The position numbers and the translations under genes are program-made. A stretch of DNA of 63,154 nt, filler included, from Licmophora abbreviata (lineage: Eukaryota): assembly GCA_900291995.1 (NCBI GenBank). It is 5 parts of 5 records of this genome, joined end to end, with 100 filler letters (N's around TTAATTAATTAA, not from the genome) between each part and the next. Parts side by side here need not be neighbours in the genome. Positions count along the whole stretch, not along the records: positions 25,168 to 44,122 come from OLMU01001197.1; positions 44,223 to 53,786 come from OLMU01001203.1; 3 more parts are not named here. The stretch is one strand, 5' to 3'. The stretch's first letter is position 1. The number at the start of each line of letters is the position of its first letter. Positions 36,301 to 48,246 of the stretch are shown here, in pieces. The notes beneath the pieces were generated by a model. The model saw only the letters and a list, made by a program, of their open reading frames with translations. It searched no databases and was not told the origin of the DNA.

Positions 36301-39242
36301 ATGCTGGAGCCTGTTCGTGGGTGTCCTCGACCGCTTCTGGGAGGCGAGTAAGGGAGCAAATGGCCGCGGTCAGATTGATGAGGAAGCGAGGTTTCCATGG
36401 GAAATGGCGGTGCACTCGACTCTCTTGCTGGGCTTGATGCTTCGTTAGGGCTACCGGATGATTCGGGTTCGATAGGATTTGCTCGTTCACCCGAGTTTGA
36501 TACAGAGTGTGTCAACTCCATGCCCTTGTTGGAAGAGCCTCCGCTTGTCGTACCGGCGTTGCCTACCACCACGTCTTTATCTGAACCTTCGACGAGCACT
36601 TCACCGCCACCGCGAATCGCGACCACCGGCCCTTCGTCTCGGTCGATGGGATCCCGCCCTTCCGACAGCAATGTCTCTGCCTCGTTGGATTTAAGGCGTT
36701 TTGCGTCCGGCTGTAATAACTGAGCCGAGGGGTTCTTGGGGTCATCGCCGTCAGTGCCTATCGCTCCCTGGCCCTTGACATCGCATGTCCGACGATCCAT
36801 TAGAATTCTTGAGAAGCACCGTCTGTCTGTCTGTATCTTTCCAAGCACGCCTATGATTCTGGCTGCGATGCCGGAGCTCTGTGGACATTTTTCAAACAGA
36901 TCAGCATCAATCTGCAGCGCTCGCCGTTCCTGGACAATCTTGTCGGCCCCTATCTCTGGTATCCCCTGGCGTACGACTCCCAGTCCCTTCAGGACGCTGA
37001 ACGCCAGCACCGGGTCCACAGCCTTCCTTTCAATTCCGAAGGAGGATTCGTGCTCGCCCGAGCAGCCGGTATCGTTTGCATCGTTCGAGGTCGTGGCACC
37101 TGTTCTAGTTCCTCTTGGGGCCGATTCAGTGCTCGACCCAGATCTCGCCGACTGCTGTCTAAGGTGATGAAGAAGTCTGATCTCGCTTGCGCGGCGTACC
37201 TTGCTGATCTGAGCTGATAGTGCTGTCCTCTTAACGCTAGGCGCACTGTCGCCATCCGATGATTGCGACTCAGAAAGCCCCGTTGAGCCAGCCTGGTCCT
37301 CCAAGAACTCAGAAGGAGTGGGCTCTTGCTCTCGCCTCTCTGTTCCAATTCTAACATCGAAATTCGATGTTGGGGCTTCGGTGGGTTCAGAGGGGATGAA
37401 TTGACCAAGAATCATGCACAGTGCTTCGCCGGGCGGCTCTCTGAAGGCTTTCGAGCGATCCAGAACGGGTACTTTTGGGGCGTCCCGCAGCCGTTTGCCA
37501 AAGGGCGCTGCGGGAAGACTCGTCGAATCGTTTGCACGAACGTTCGGCATGCCTGTAGGGAGAAGGGATCTTCGTCCGCCAGCGGATTCTGGGTGCGGGT
37601 GCCGCCAGCGCTGCTGGAAAGATCTGGCACTGGTTGCGCCGACACCTAGGGCTTTCAAGGCGTAGGTCGCTGCGGAAGGCTTGCCTCCAGCAGTGATCTC
37701 TTCAGCATTGGGATTGAAACTGAGGAGAGAGCTCCCCGACATTGACACACCGGTCCTGGCCCGGTTGTACTTGCCAGCACCAGAAGGTGGCTTGAGCGAT
37801 GCCTTCGCTTTTGTCGCCCCTCTTTTGATGGCCTTGACTGACTTTGCTGCAGCCGGTCGCGCTTGCTCCATTCTGGTTGATGACCCTGTCAGCAGCTGCA
37901 AGCTTGCCAGAAGTGCAGCGCTGTCCATTTCTTCTTCAGGAGGCTCGCCGGACATAATCTTCTGTTCTCGTCTTCGTCGACGCTCGGTACGGAGTGCTGT
38001 ACTCCTTCTTGCCCGGTCAATGATCACTTCTGCTGCCGATGCCGCTGCCGCACTAATCCCGGCAGCACGCTGTCCAGTTTCGGGATCTATCGGTCCCCTC
38101 GTGCCAAAACCTTTCACTGTCACTTGAGATTCATCAATATCTTCCTCTGGTAAGACCACAAAACTCAGACCTGCTCCTATGTATGCTAGTTGATCCATTG
38201 TCTCACCATTCCCAAGTGCCGCGTTCGGGAGAGGTGCTCCATCAGGTCCGACCATAGGCTTCGCAGCAGCCAGTTTCTGGGCCTCTTTCTTTTCCGCAGC
38301 TTTTTCCTGTTTCAGTCTCCGTATCTCCGTAGCTAGCTTCCGACCAGCAGCGAGCGGATCCGCTGAAATAGGGTTGACGATAGAATCAATCGACTGTGGG
38401 ACAGGTCGCAACAGGATGTGATACTTTTCGTAAACGCGCTGAGAGAAAATGGATCGTAACTGTCGTGTTTGCTCCAGAGATGTTCGCAGTCTGTGTCGCG
38501 CATCTTCTAAGGAGGTATCGGAAGGATGAATGAAGGGGGAGTATGTACTAATGAGAGGGGCGCGCAGCTGGTCGATGGCGTCGTCGGTCGATGGTGTCGG
38601 TGCTTGAGCGGCCTGGAGAGGTGGAGCCGTTTGATGCGATGATGGAGCGTCCGTCGGGTTCGACTTTATGTTCGCAGTTGTGGATGTGTCTGGTTTCGAT
38701 TTTTCGTCTGCTGCACCTGTGACAACAATATCACCGAATGAGACTTTTCTCGACATCTTACTTGCTGGCGGTGTGGACACCGTCGGAGCCGCCGGCTCTG
38801 GAGCTGCGGCCGCTACGCTGGCGGGAAGCGAAGCCTTTGATTCGCTACCAAGCTTGTCTGTTCTCTCGTTGGCTACTTCGGCGTTGTTGCTCTGCACACT
38901 GCTTACTTCCGTTGTCCCCGGAGTATCTCTTGAAGCCTCACTGTGGGCAGAAGGAGGCTTTTTCGCTTTTCGCTCGACGTTGGTTTTCCGATCTTCCGAT
39001 TTCTCGTGTATCTGTCCTCCGTCTACTTCCATCTCTTGCGTTGCCGAGGCTGTCTGGGACTCTTGCATGCTTCTGTCCGGGTCGCCAACGGCACCATCGT
39101 CCACATTGCTGACTTCGGTCGCGGGCTCAGTAGAAACTGTACACGAAGTTGTACCAGGTTCACGGCAACTGGCCGATTCTTCATTTCGTGGATCTGTCGC
39201 TTCAGAATTCGCTTGTTTTGGGTCCATAGTCGTTCTATACAC
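33375..39242 (-). CDS. Large (~1900 aa) low-complexity protein of unknown function; join(35097..39242,34660..35001,33375..34565)
   Basis: Long ORFs linked in frame by GT-AG introns 35002-35096 and 34566-34659; C-terminal EEDLSDESVLARH resembles a PEHE-type motif. Confidence 0.7.
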
Positions 39243-39642
39243 AATAATCCACCATTAAGCACGTCCAGAGACCCCAAATGATACTCTGTATCGTCAAATA
39301 TCGTCTTGGAAGCGGCGCTGCATGGGATCGTGATGATTTCCTGTGCGCCACCTACGACAAGAAAACTCGTAGAGAAAGTACTGATATCTTTCTACGTGAA
39401 CCTCTGGTACAGCTCAACGGGAGTGAAGAATTGGACACGTATCGGTTCGTACCACGGACAGGCCGTGTCTTGGCACCGAACCGTCCGAGATGGTCACGCG
39501 TTGTCGCTACTCTCACACGTCCCACATTGCGAGAACGCGAGAGCGACCATGGCGGTCCTCATTTTGTCTTGTCGCGAACCTTTGTTCACCTTCTAGTGCC
39601 TGCGTTTTCTGTAGTGCTTCTTATTGACACCGAGAAACTACA

Positions 39643-42600
39643 ATGGCGTCGTCCACATCTGCTTTGGCCGAGCTGCAGAAGTTCCTGACGGTTCCTCCCG
39701 CTGCATTCACGGGCAACGCTCACAATCCAACGGCTGTCGCTCATGCTGCTCTGCAGGCACTCAGAGACACGGGGGACGAACGTTTCTTGTTCTTACGGAC
39801 CATCCTGGAGCTCTCGAGCAATAATGGAACGCAGCACGAGGAGTTAACCTTTCATTGTCTATCTGGATGTCGCCACGTGGTGCTCAACAAGTGGACTCAC
39901 TTCAGCACGGGCTTTCGGGAAACATTACGCGATTTCCTTCTCAGCTTGGCTGTACATGCACCCTTGCCGCGAACCAACAAAATTGCTTGCTACACAACAG
40001 TAGCTTCTTTCTGGAAAAGGCAGTGGAATGACCCTGACAGTCACGAGTCAAGCAATGCTAAAGGCCCCGAAGAGCAGACCCTCCTCGAGGCCATGAGACA
40101 ATCTCAGCCCCACATGGCTCGACTGCAAACAGCACAGGAACTGTTTCAGTATATGAATAGCTTATTGCAACCCGATCAGCATACAGAGGAAGCTGCCAAG
40201 TTCTTGTCGGTCCTAGTGGGAGAATTCATGGGAAAGTCGGCGGTTCAGTATCACCTGCCACTTTTCTTTCACAAGCGAGCCCACGCTAGCCTAGAGCACG
40301 ACGGGTGGCTTGACCAGTGTCTTCAGCTCAGCATGGAAGCGCTCAGTCATATCGTATCACACCTAGGTGCTGTCGGGGAAGTGAAGGGGCACGAAGGAAA
40401 TGTGGCACTGGCGGTGGTGCAATTGACCATCGATGTCTTGTCTTGGGACTTTGGGGCCGACGCTTGGGATGTAGGAATTCCACATTCAAGTGGCAAAACA
40501 TTGATTCGGCCCCCCGCAGCGTGGCGCGATTTCTTGATTCGGCCTGATTTCATCGGCGCCGTCTTTCACCTTCATGAGCAAGTTATTCATAGTCATGATC
40601 AGCTGGCACATGCGTTACGGCAGCTTTTGCTACTTCTCGCGTCCCTCAGTGGGCCCATTTTTGCGGATGGTGGGCAGCGCAAAGCATTCGCTGCATATCT
40701 AACTGAGGGATCTTTGAAGCTAATCTCCATGTGTAGCTCCGTGGAATCCCAGGAGACACCTGAGCTCTTGGACGCGATGTCGCTCGTTTCGCGGCTGATC
40801 GCCAACTTCAAGCTCTCGGTGTTGGTTCAACTCCCCACATTGGTCCCCCTGTTGAATGCCATCACGTCTACGGGCTCCTCGCTACTTCAAGCTAATGTAA
40901 GAGAATGCGAAGAAATGCATGGTGATATAGAAAGCATGGAGCATGGCGAGCATAGAGAAGAGGCATTGAAGCTCCTGCTCGATGGCCTTGTACTACTTTG
41001 TGCGGATCCGTGGCTGCTGTATTCAGGAACGGAGGAGTCGCGCAAAGCTGCCCAGTTATCTCTTTCGCAAGCTCTGGTTCCGTTGTATATCGCCTTTGTA
41101 TCTTCTCGGATTCGCATGGCTAGACTCGAAGAACACTATCTTACAGCTCGTTCAGCTGAACTGGATGAAGTCCGCGAAGATATTTCAGCTCTAGAGCTTG
41201 AGGACGAGATGGCCTCTGTTGCAACCCTTGGACGTCTCGACCTCTTGAGCGCGCTCAAGTGTCTGGCGGAGCACTTCCATCGAATTGTGCCACAACTCCG
41301 TTCATGGTGGGAAGAGCCTAACAACTCGAACGTATCTCCCGAGGGGGCGCTGTTCTCGAAGAGGCACGGCTACTTACTATATGCATTGGCAATTTACTGA
41401 CCGATGATAACAGTGGAGAAACACCCGTGATACCTGAATCTATTGTCATGGCATGTCGATCACACGATGGGACTGCGGACGCGATTGCATCGGCCGTTCA
41501 GTCCGTTCTTGGTCTCGCAGAGCTTCAAGCCTCACATATAGCAAGAAATCCTTCCGATCCTCGGTTGTCGCCAATTCTGGCCACTGCGTTCCTTTTCTTC
41601 CTTGACCGATTTTCCCCGGCGTATGTTCACCCTGTCGACTACGGAACGACTGCCGACGCGGCACCGAGTGGCATCTTGTCTGTCTGGTCGACGGAAGAAG
41701 CGTCCCAGCAAGTTCTATCGTTCTGTTCGACACTGTGTCTACACTACGAGTGCTTTTGGCCTCAGGAGCGGCGAGTGCAGGAAGGCTCACATTCGTTGAT
41801 CCTTTCGCTTGCGAAGCGTGGAAATCCAATACGGGCCCAACTTGTCTCGACAGCATCGCTCGCACAGATGGTTACATTTCACTGTTTGACTTCTGGCGTT
41901 CGCCACGGTGCGCCGAATTCTGAGCTGGAGAATGCCGTGCAATCCAAAGTCCCTGAGATGATGGGATCTATGACCATGATTCGTGGATATCATCGGCTAC
42001 GATATGAGGAGAAAGCGCGAATATTGACAGCGTTGCTCGTGGCGACGTCTGATCCTCAACATGTCCATTCCAAGGCAATGTTTCATGAATGTCTCAATGC
42101 TATCCATGCGGCATTCTCGTCGCTTGTTCAAGCGCTTGCGAGCAAACAGATTTCGCCCGAAGACGTGAACTCAAAAGAGTTAGCTTCCCTCTGCGTGGAG
42201 CTCTACGGTGGTGTAGCCCGCGCCAGTGAGATTGACGAGCCAGAGCGTGTTCCAGTCTTCCTGACTCCTTCTCTTCCACACCTATCGGGCTTGATGGCAT
42301 TCGAAGCCTTTGCGAAAGATCTTTCTGTTTGTGAAGGTCTTCTAAGATTCTTTCGGGACTACACCGAACAATTTGTGGCCATGCTTAATCGAGAACAAAG
42401 TCTTACATTGTTCCAGGCCTCCGCGGAACTTCTCAAGAGCTACTCATCTCATCACTGCGAGTCGCGGGCGATTCGCCGCTTCTCCTCCGCCGAAGTCGAC
42501 GTTGAAGAGGAGCAGAGCTACAGTGACGTGCTCTGCGCAATCCAGCTTCTGATCCATCTTGGAACCAAGGACTTCCTGGATATCTGTACTGGGAGCGCGA

Positions 42601-43253
42601 AGGATGGCCTCGACTCGAATCAAGTGACGGACGTGATCTTCTTCGGTCTGCAGCATCTTATTCCTATGATGACGCAAGGCCTCCTTCAGTTTCCGACGTT
42701 GTGCACGCAGTATTTCTCTTTAGTGGGCTTCATGATGGACACCTATCCTGACAAAGTCTGCGTCCTCCCATATGCGTTGTTCGATGCCCTCTTGGAGTCG
42801 CTGTTGTTCGGCATGTCACACTTGGATCCGTTTGTGTCGAAAAGCTCCCTTCAAGGCATTGCGGGGCTGGCGAAAGAGCACCTTAAAACCAACGCTCTAG
42901 CCCAGCACCTTTTACAGCATCCTGACATCTTTGATAGATGTTCGAGTCGCTTGCTAAAGGACGTGGTGTTTCAGAGCATGGTGTGGGATCGTCTGGAGCC
43001 GTGCGGTATGGCTTTGCTGCCGTTAGCTGCAGTGGATGTTCAGCGGTTTGTCGCGGTCGTACATGTGCTGGCGCAGCAAGTACCAGCCGAACACCAGTCT
43101 CGCCTTCAAGCCGCATTTCAACGCCTAATTCAGCCTGACGCGATATCAAAGGTGGCTAGTGGAGGCTATGAAGGACGAATGAATCGGATCCGTTTCAAGA
43201 AGGACTTTGACGTGTTTGTCAAGGATGTGCACTCGTTCTTGGTTGTCAGATAA
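39643..43253 (+). CDS. XPO4: Exportin-4-like importin-beta family transport receptor; one apparent 1-nt deletion near 41353
   Basis: Two consecutive helical HEAT-like ORFs bridged by LEEARLL...LLTDDNSGETPVIP; LLQFPTLCTQYFSL and C-terminal FKKDFDVFV. Confidence 0.75.
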
Positions 43254-43360
43254 GAGCATAGAATAGAATACGAGCAATTCATTATCTCTTGTCGTTCTTT
43301 TACTCTGTACGTGCCACCAGCTTCTCCGTCCTCGGACCATCGCTCAACTCTAGCTGTTGT

Positions 43361-43930
43361 CTAACCCCCGCCTCCACCCAAGAGCATATTGACACGCTGC
43401 ATAATGTAATCCTGCTCTGGGTCGTACGGAACATCTTTGCTCGGAATCTCCAAGACAGTCGGAATGGTATGGTTGTAGTCTTTCAAGACATGTCGGATGT
43501 CGTTAGCAACGTGCTGGTTGATGAGAATGATCCCGACATCGTCCCGTGTGGAAAAATCCTGAAACGCTTCCTCGACCTGCTGGAGCTTTGTGTCCGACTT
43601 GACAATCAAGAAGTTCGAGCCTTTGGCCGTTCGATGACCGACTCCGGCCAAAAGGAAGCCCGTCACTGTGTCCTGCAAATGAAAAGTGGAGAGAGAGACG
43701 ACCGTGAGATCAGAACGAACTATGATACAACGGCAAACTCCCCCATCCTGCCGAGATTTCTCCGGTTGGGAAAACAACAAGATTCCATCGCCAGGCGCGT
43801 TCTACTAGCCAGAATGGAATCTTCCTCCTTCTCTCGCCAAATCGGCAGTAGCAAGAAATGAAATGATGGTCGTCCAAGGGTGCTCGAGACGTACCTCGTC
43901 GCCGATGACGGCAACCAACTTTCCGACCTC
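43361..43930 (-). CDS. ATP6V1F: V-type proton ATPase subunit F; join(43895..43930,43361..43672); first exon lost in gap
   Basis: KLVAVIGDE|DTVTGFLLAGVG, IILINQHVA and EIPSKDVPYDPEQD. Confidence 0.92.
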
Positions 43931-44122
43931 CTACAAGGGAAAGGGGCAAAGGTACGTACGATGTAAGCGAAAGGAGTTTGATACAATAAGGCAAGAGAAG
44001 CAGACAAAGATCGTGGAGTACAAAATTCGCGAGTACAGATCTTGTTCCACAGAGGCACAATTCTCTCTTCGGGACTAGTTTTTATTTTAGCACTCCTCCC
44101 AGCAAAATACTTCAAGAGACGA

Positions 44123-44222
44123 NNNNNNNNNNNNNNNNNNNNNNNNNNNNNNNNNNNNNNNNNNNNTTAATTAATTAANNNNNNNNNNNNNNNNNNNNNN
44201 NNNNNNNNNNNNNNNNNNNNNN
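44123..44222. other. Artificial contig spacer
   Basis: 44 N + TTAATTAATTAA + 44 N. Confidence 0.97.
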
Positions 44223-45743
44223 CCCATTGTGTCGCGCATTCAATACAGGCAGGTTCGACCAACCGACATCCCTGCATGCTATGAGATTGAAAAGGATTCC
44301 TATCCAGAGGACGAGGCTGCATCCAAGACCTCTCTGCAGTATCGACAGCATCATGCGGCAGCTTTTTTCCGATGTGCAGTTTTGGCCAACAGCGAAAATG
44401 AAGATGACGAGGTCGTCGTAGGCTTCATCTGTAGCACTCAGTGCCATGAATTCAACAGCGAGGCGATGTCGGTTCACGAGCCTTTGGGGACTCTTCTAGC
44501 GATTCATTCTGTTGTCGTTAGCGAGGCATATAGAGGCAATGGAATCGCCACTGCGATGATGAGAGACTATGTGTCCACTATTGAGCAGATGGCGCAGGAT
44601 GGTATACGAAAACTCATTCTCCTCGCGAAGAGCCATCTTCTTGGCTTTTATGTCCGTTGTGGGTTTACGGTGATGCGACCTAGCAAAATCGAGCATGGGG
44701 GTGACCTTTGGTATGAATGCGAGAGAAATCTTTCTCTTGGAGAGATTCGTGCAGAGGGACATTCATGTTGGATCGTTGACGCTTTTGCCAACTCACCTGG
44801 CACGGGGAACCAGGCTGCTGTAGTTCTCCTCACTTCGTCTCCACTTTTTGAAGACGGCAAGATAGAGTGGATGAGATCGGTGGCTCGGGAGTTTCATCTC
44901 TCCGAGACAGCCTTTGTTTGGGCATTGAAGGAGGACAGGGAGAATGATGGGAAGGAATTGCAACACGCGGAATATGGAATTCGATACTTCACATGCAGTG
45001 GCGCAGAGGTCGACCTGTGCGGTCATGCTACACTCGCTTCTGGGGCGATTCTCTTTCAGCGTCTCCCTTTCCAGATCAAGAGTCACGCATCCATTCTCTT
45101 TTCAGCCAAGCAAGATATCTTGACGCTTACGCCTGACCTCAGCACCTGGAACAGGCAAGGCAGGATGAAAGTACATATGGAGTTCCCGCAGAAGCTTCTT
45201 AAAGACTTCACGGAACCGTCGGACCGGTCTGCTATCTTGGCTATGATGAAGGGCGCGTTTCACATGGAAAACACAGCCGAAAATATTCTCTACATGGGAA
45301 TTGATGAGGACGGAGAAGACATCTTGGTCGAGCTAACTTGCGCTTGCTTTCAGAGCCTTGGCGTCAACGATTGTATCAACTACTCCGCCTTGACTATATG
45401 GGATGGCTACTCGAGAGGCATAATTCTCTGTTGCCGTAATCCCGCAACTTCGCTTGTTGAAAATCAGGAAACCGAGGACGGGGCACAGGATGAGCATGAG
45501 CTAGAGCCAGATTTTTTCTCAAGATTCTTTGGACCGAAGGCAGGAATCGACGAAGATCCGGTCACTGGGTCTGCACATTGCCGGCTGGGACCTTACTTCG
45601 GTGCTAAGCTGGGAAAAGATGGTGTCGTCGGTCGACAAACATCGACTCGGGGAGGAACAGTGGAATGCATGCTACAGGATGATGGAAGGATGAGTATCAG
45701 CGGCTACGCCGTTTCGACTGTGAGTGGTACCCTTCTTCTTTGA
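44223..45743 (+). CDS. GNAT (arylalkylamine N-acetyltransferase-like) + PhzF/PhzC epimerase-isomerase fusion; true start probably in gap
   Basis: YPEDEAAS, IHSVVV...RGNGIA and FYVRCGF, followed by VDAF...GNQAAVV, LSETAF, EVDLCGHATLA and EDPVTGSAH. Confidence 0.88.
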   Translation, partial: PIVSRIQYRQVRPTDIPACYEIEKDSYPEDEAASKTSLQYRQHHAAAFFRCAVLANSENEDDEVVVGFICSTQCHEFNSEAMSVHEPLGTLLAIHSVVVSEAYRGNGIATAMMRDYVSTIEQMAQDGIRKLILLAKSHLLGFYVRCGFTVMRPSKIEHGGDLWYECERNLSLGEIRAEGHSCWIVDAFANSPGTGNQAAVVLLTSSPLFEDGKIEWMRSVAREFHLSETAFVWALKEDRENDGKELQHAEYGIRYFTCSGAEVDLCGHATLASGAILFQRLPFQIKSHASILFSAKQDILTLTPDLSTWNRQGRMKVHMEFPQKLLKDFTEPSDRSAILAMMKGAFHMENTAENILYMGIDEDGEDILVELTCACFQSLGVNDCINYSALTIWDGYSRGIILCCRNPATSLVENQETEDGAQDEHELEPDFFSRFFGPKAGIDEDPVTGSAHCRLGPYFGAKLGKDGVVGRQTSTRGGTVECMLQDDGRMSISGYAVSTVSGTLLL

Positions 45744-45896
45744 TTGGTGGACATAGGCTGAGACAGATAGTGTTGAGATTCGCTTTTACTCTCGGAGCAA
45801 GCTGGAAGTTACCCAGGTAGACTAGGTGCTGTTCGCATGGACTATACGAAGTACACGTACTTCGTACCTGGTAAATACTTGTAAAGTATTAAAACG

Positions 45897-46199
45897 CTAT
45901 TTGTCATTGCTACCGGTAGCTCCTACGGTATTCCAGCGTCTGAGCTCGCGGAACAATGCGTCCTGTCGAGCAGAAACACTTCTTTTTGACGAATGATCCT
46001 TGTCAGTAAGGTCCTGCAGATCGCTGAGTACCTCGTTCAAGCTCGTCAAGGTGTTCAGAACTGCGCTGAGTTCCACCAGAACGGCAGCGTTCCGTCTGGC
46101 TTGTTTATCTGTTGAAGCAACGGAAATTGTGCTTGCGGGTGCCACCGACTCGGCCGTTTCAATGACAGGCACGCGTTCGGTCGTCTCATCGATGTTCAT
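45897..46199 (-). CDS. Small helical protein (100 aa), function unknown
   Basis: ATG-started ORF with an amphipathic heptad segment (VLVELSAVLNTLTSLNEVLSDL) occupying an otherwise empty gene slot. Confidence 0.45.
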   Translation of the reverse strand: MNIDETTERVPVIETAESVAPASTISVASTDKQARRNAAVLVELSAVLNTLTSLNEVLSDLQDLTDKDHSSKRSVSARQDALFRELRRWNTVGATGSNDK

Positions 46200-46397
46200 C
46201 CTCTTTCCCAGACCCTCAAAGTTTGTTGTGGGCTGGATTGAACGATCAATGATGCTTTGAGATTTGTTGCGTGTTGCGCGCGGTGTCGTCTTTGCCGCCG
46301 CGCGTGAGTAACGCAAAACTTTTCTTCCAGCTCTCAAGCTCTCAATGAAACTGTGGCCGGGGCTAGCAATCAGTGCCAGATCTCGTCCTTGGACACA

Positions 46398-47015
46398 ATG
46401 AGCTCATCGTCAACCTCAAATGAACATGAATCGCGCCCAATGAACGACACAACGATGCCCCCGCCGAAAAAAGGGACTCAATTACCTCGGCGAAGGCTAA
46501 AACAAGGTGTTCGAAACGGCTTTGGATTGCACGACTGGCATCGGCTGGTTAAATCGTCGAAGAATCTCTCGCTGGCTGGGAGTGCCGGTATTCGCAAGAT
46601 TCGTCCTTCTGAAATACGCCAGCACAATAGTGTTCACGATGGGTGGGTCAGTCTTCATGGAAAAGTTTACAATTTGAGCCCGTACATGGCATATCACCCT
46701 GGTGGATTGGATATTCTCAAGTCGGTCTTGGGAAGAGACGCCAGCGCGTTATATGACAAGTATCATCGTTGGGTTAACGCTGATGGATTGATTGGCGCCC
46801 TGCTCATCGGATACCTTGAGAAAGATGACGGGAGTGAGGACGAGGACACTCCGTCCTACTTACCTCCGCAACATCATACAGCTCGGTCGGATAGTGATGG
46901 CTTTGCGATTCCTGCACCGAGACGCGCTAAAGCCGGCGTAACTTCACTTCTCACACCGAAAGGCGGCGACTCAGAGGAAGAGGAGGAGGACGGCAAAGAA
47001 TCATTTGGTGAATGA
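46398..47015 (+). CDS. Cytochrome b5-like heme-binding protein (Irc21/CYB5R4 N-terminal type)
   Basis: GFGLHDW, HNSVHDGW, GKVYNL, YHPGG and YHRWVN. Confidence 0.88.
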   Translation: MSSSSTSNEHESRPMNDTTMPPPKKGTQLPRRRLKQGVRNGFGLHDWHRLVKSSKNLSLAGSAGIRKIRPSEIRQHNSVHDGWVSLHGKVYNLSPYMAYHPGGLDILKSVLGRDASALYDKYHRWVNADGLIGALLIGYLEKDDGSEDEDTPSYLPPQHHTARSDSDGFAIPAPRRAKAGVTSLLTPKGGDSEEEEEDGKESFGE

Positions 47016-47156
47016 TAAAACATATCGAGAGAGGCAGAGTCCCCATGGCTTGATGAGCTTCATCAGAGTCACTAGATTGAGAAGAACGGAACGAGGGCAC
47101 ATGGCGGACACTCTTGATCTAGAATCTACTACTGTACTCGATTGTGTAATCCTAGC

Positions 47157-47918
47157 TTAGAGCTCCCCCTCCGTAATATCTCCGTTCTTGTTCATCTGGG
47201 GCACCATGGCAAAGTAATAAACAAATATCAGCATTCCGACACAAGACAACCAGAGAATCAGGAGAAAACGGTTCTTATTGGCCTCCTCATTTTCGCGAGC
47301 CTTCATCATGTCCACCAAATCTGGATTGATTTTCATACAGATATCGAAACTGTCTTTCTGCATCTTCTCAAGTCGAGCCTTGGAGAGAGGCTGTTGCTCG
47401 TTGTAGAGAGCCATTTGCAGATGACTCCAGATGCCGTCGATCCATTTGGAAATCACTTGGAGCTGCTCGTTTTCTCCAGTGCCGCTGGCATCGGCCTTTC
47501 CAAGGGGACCGACCCGGGTCGCTCCAGACCAAGTCATCGCTGTTTCGGTTTTGGTGGGATTCTCGAAAAAGGTCGTGAACTTGCTATCGCCGAGTCCCAG
47601 TAATGCATACTGCAGCCCACTGAACATTTGGTTGGGCGATTCCAAGAGTGTGTCACAAAACTCACGAAAGCGGTATCCACCGAGCGGTGCCTGCCCAACG
47701 CCATAGCTACTGAGAACAAAAACGACGAGGCGTGTCCATCTGCAGCGCCGGCGCTCGAGGAAATCATCAAGCTGCATACTGCGAGCGGAGACGACAACGG
47801 ACGGAGTTGAGAGCCTCTTGGGAATCTCCTTGCAGAGCTGCTCGGCAGCCTGCTCCGAGTTTCCCGTCTGAGAGGCGTAGAGGACCAGAATCTGCTCGTA
47901 GCGGACGTTGAAGGACAT
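47157..47918 (-). CDS. Stand-alone flavodoxin-like FMN-binding domain (P450-reductase type) with C-terminal membrane anchor
   Basis: LYASQTGNSE, SSYGVGQAP and YALLGLGDS; hydrophobic FLLILWLSCVGMLIFVYYFAMV near the C-terminus. Confidence 0.85.
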   Translation of the reverse strand: MSFNVRYEQILVLYASQTGNSEQAAEQLCKEIPKRLSTPSVVVSARSMQLDDFLERRRCRWTRLVVFVLSSYGVGQAPLGGYRFREFCDTLLESPNQMFSGLQYALLGLGDSKFTTFFENPTKTETAMTWSGATRVGPLGKADASGTGENEQLQVISKWIDGIWSHLQMALYNEQQPLSKARLEKMQKDSFDICMKINPDLVDMMKARENEEANKNRFLLILWLSCVGMLIFVYYFAMVPQMNKNGDITEGEL

Positions 47919-48246
47919 GGTTAGATCAGAATAGACAAAGAAGAAGACGTGTGTGTGTGATGAAGAAAACTGAAAATTTGAAGTGCCGTTGACGAGCCGT
48001 TGGAAAGAGAGAAGTTTGGGACTGAAAAATGAGGCTCAGAACCTGATCAGCGATGAACTCACCGACGTTTCATAACCTATTGGCGGGTGCAGGACTGACG
48101 GTCATGGGCAAACCCAAAAAGCAAAAAGCGAGTTTCGAAAAAGGACGACCAACCACAACTTGAAACTAGTACGAAAGCCATCATCGATCATCGCATTGAT
48201 CGACAACGAACGCCTACAGAGTGAAAGGATCTCTCGCGCTAACACC

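Noticed and set aside
35363..36448. 361-aa plus-strand ORF and many other long antisense ORFs
   Set aside because: They lie opposite well-supported genes and have no recognisable motifs; shadow ORFs.
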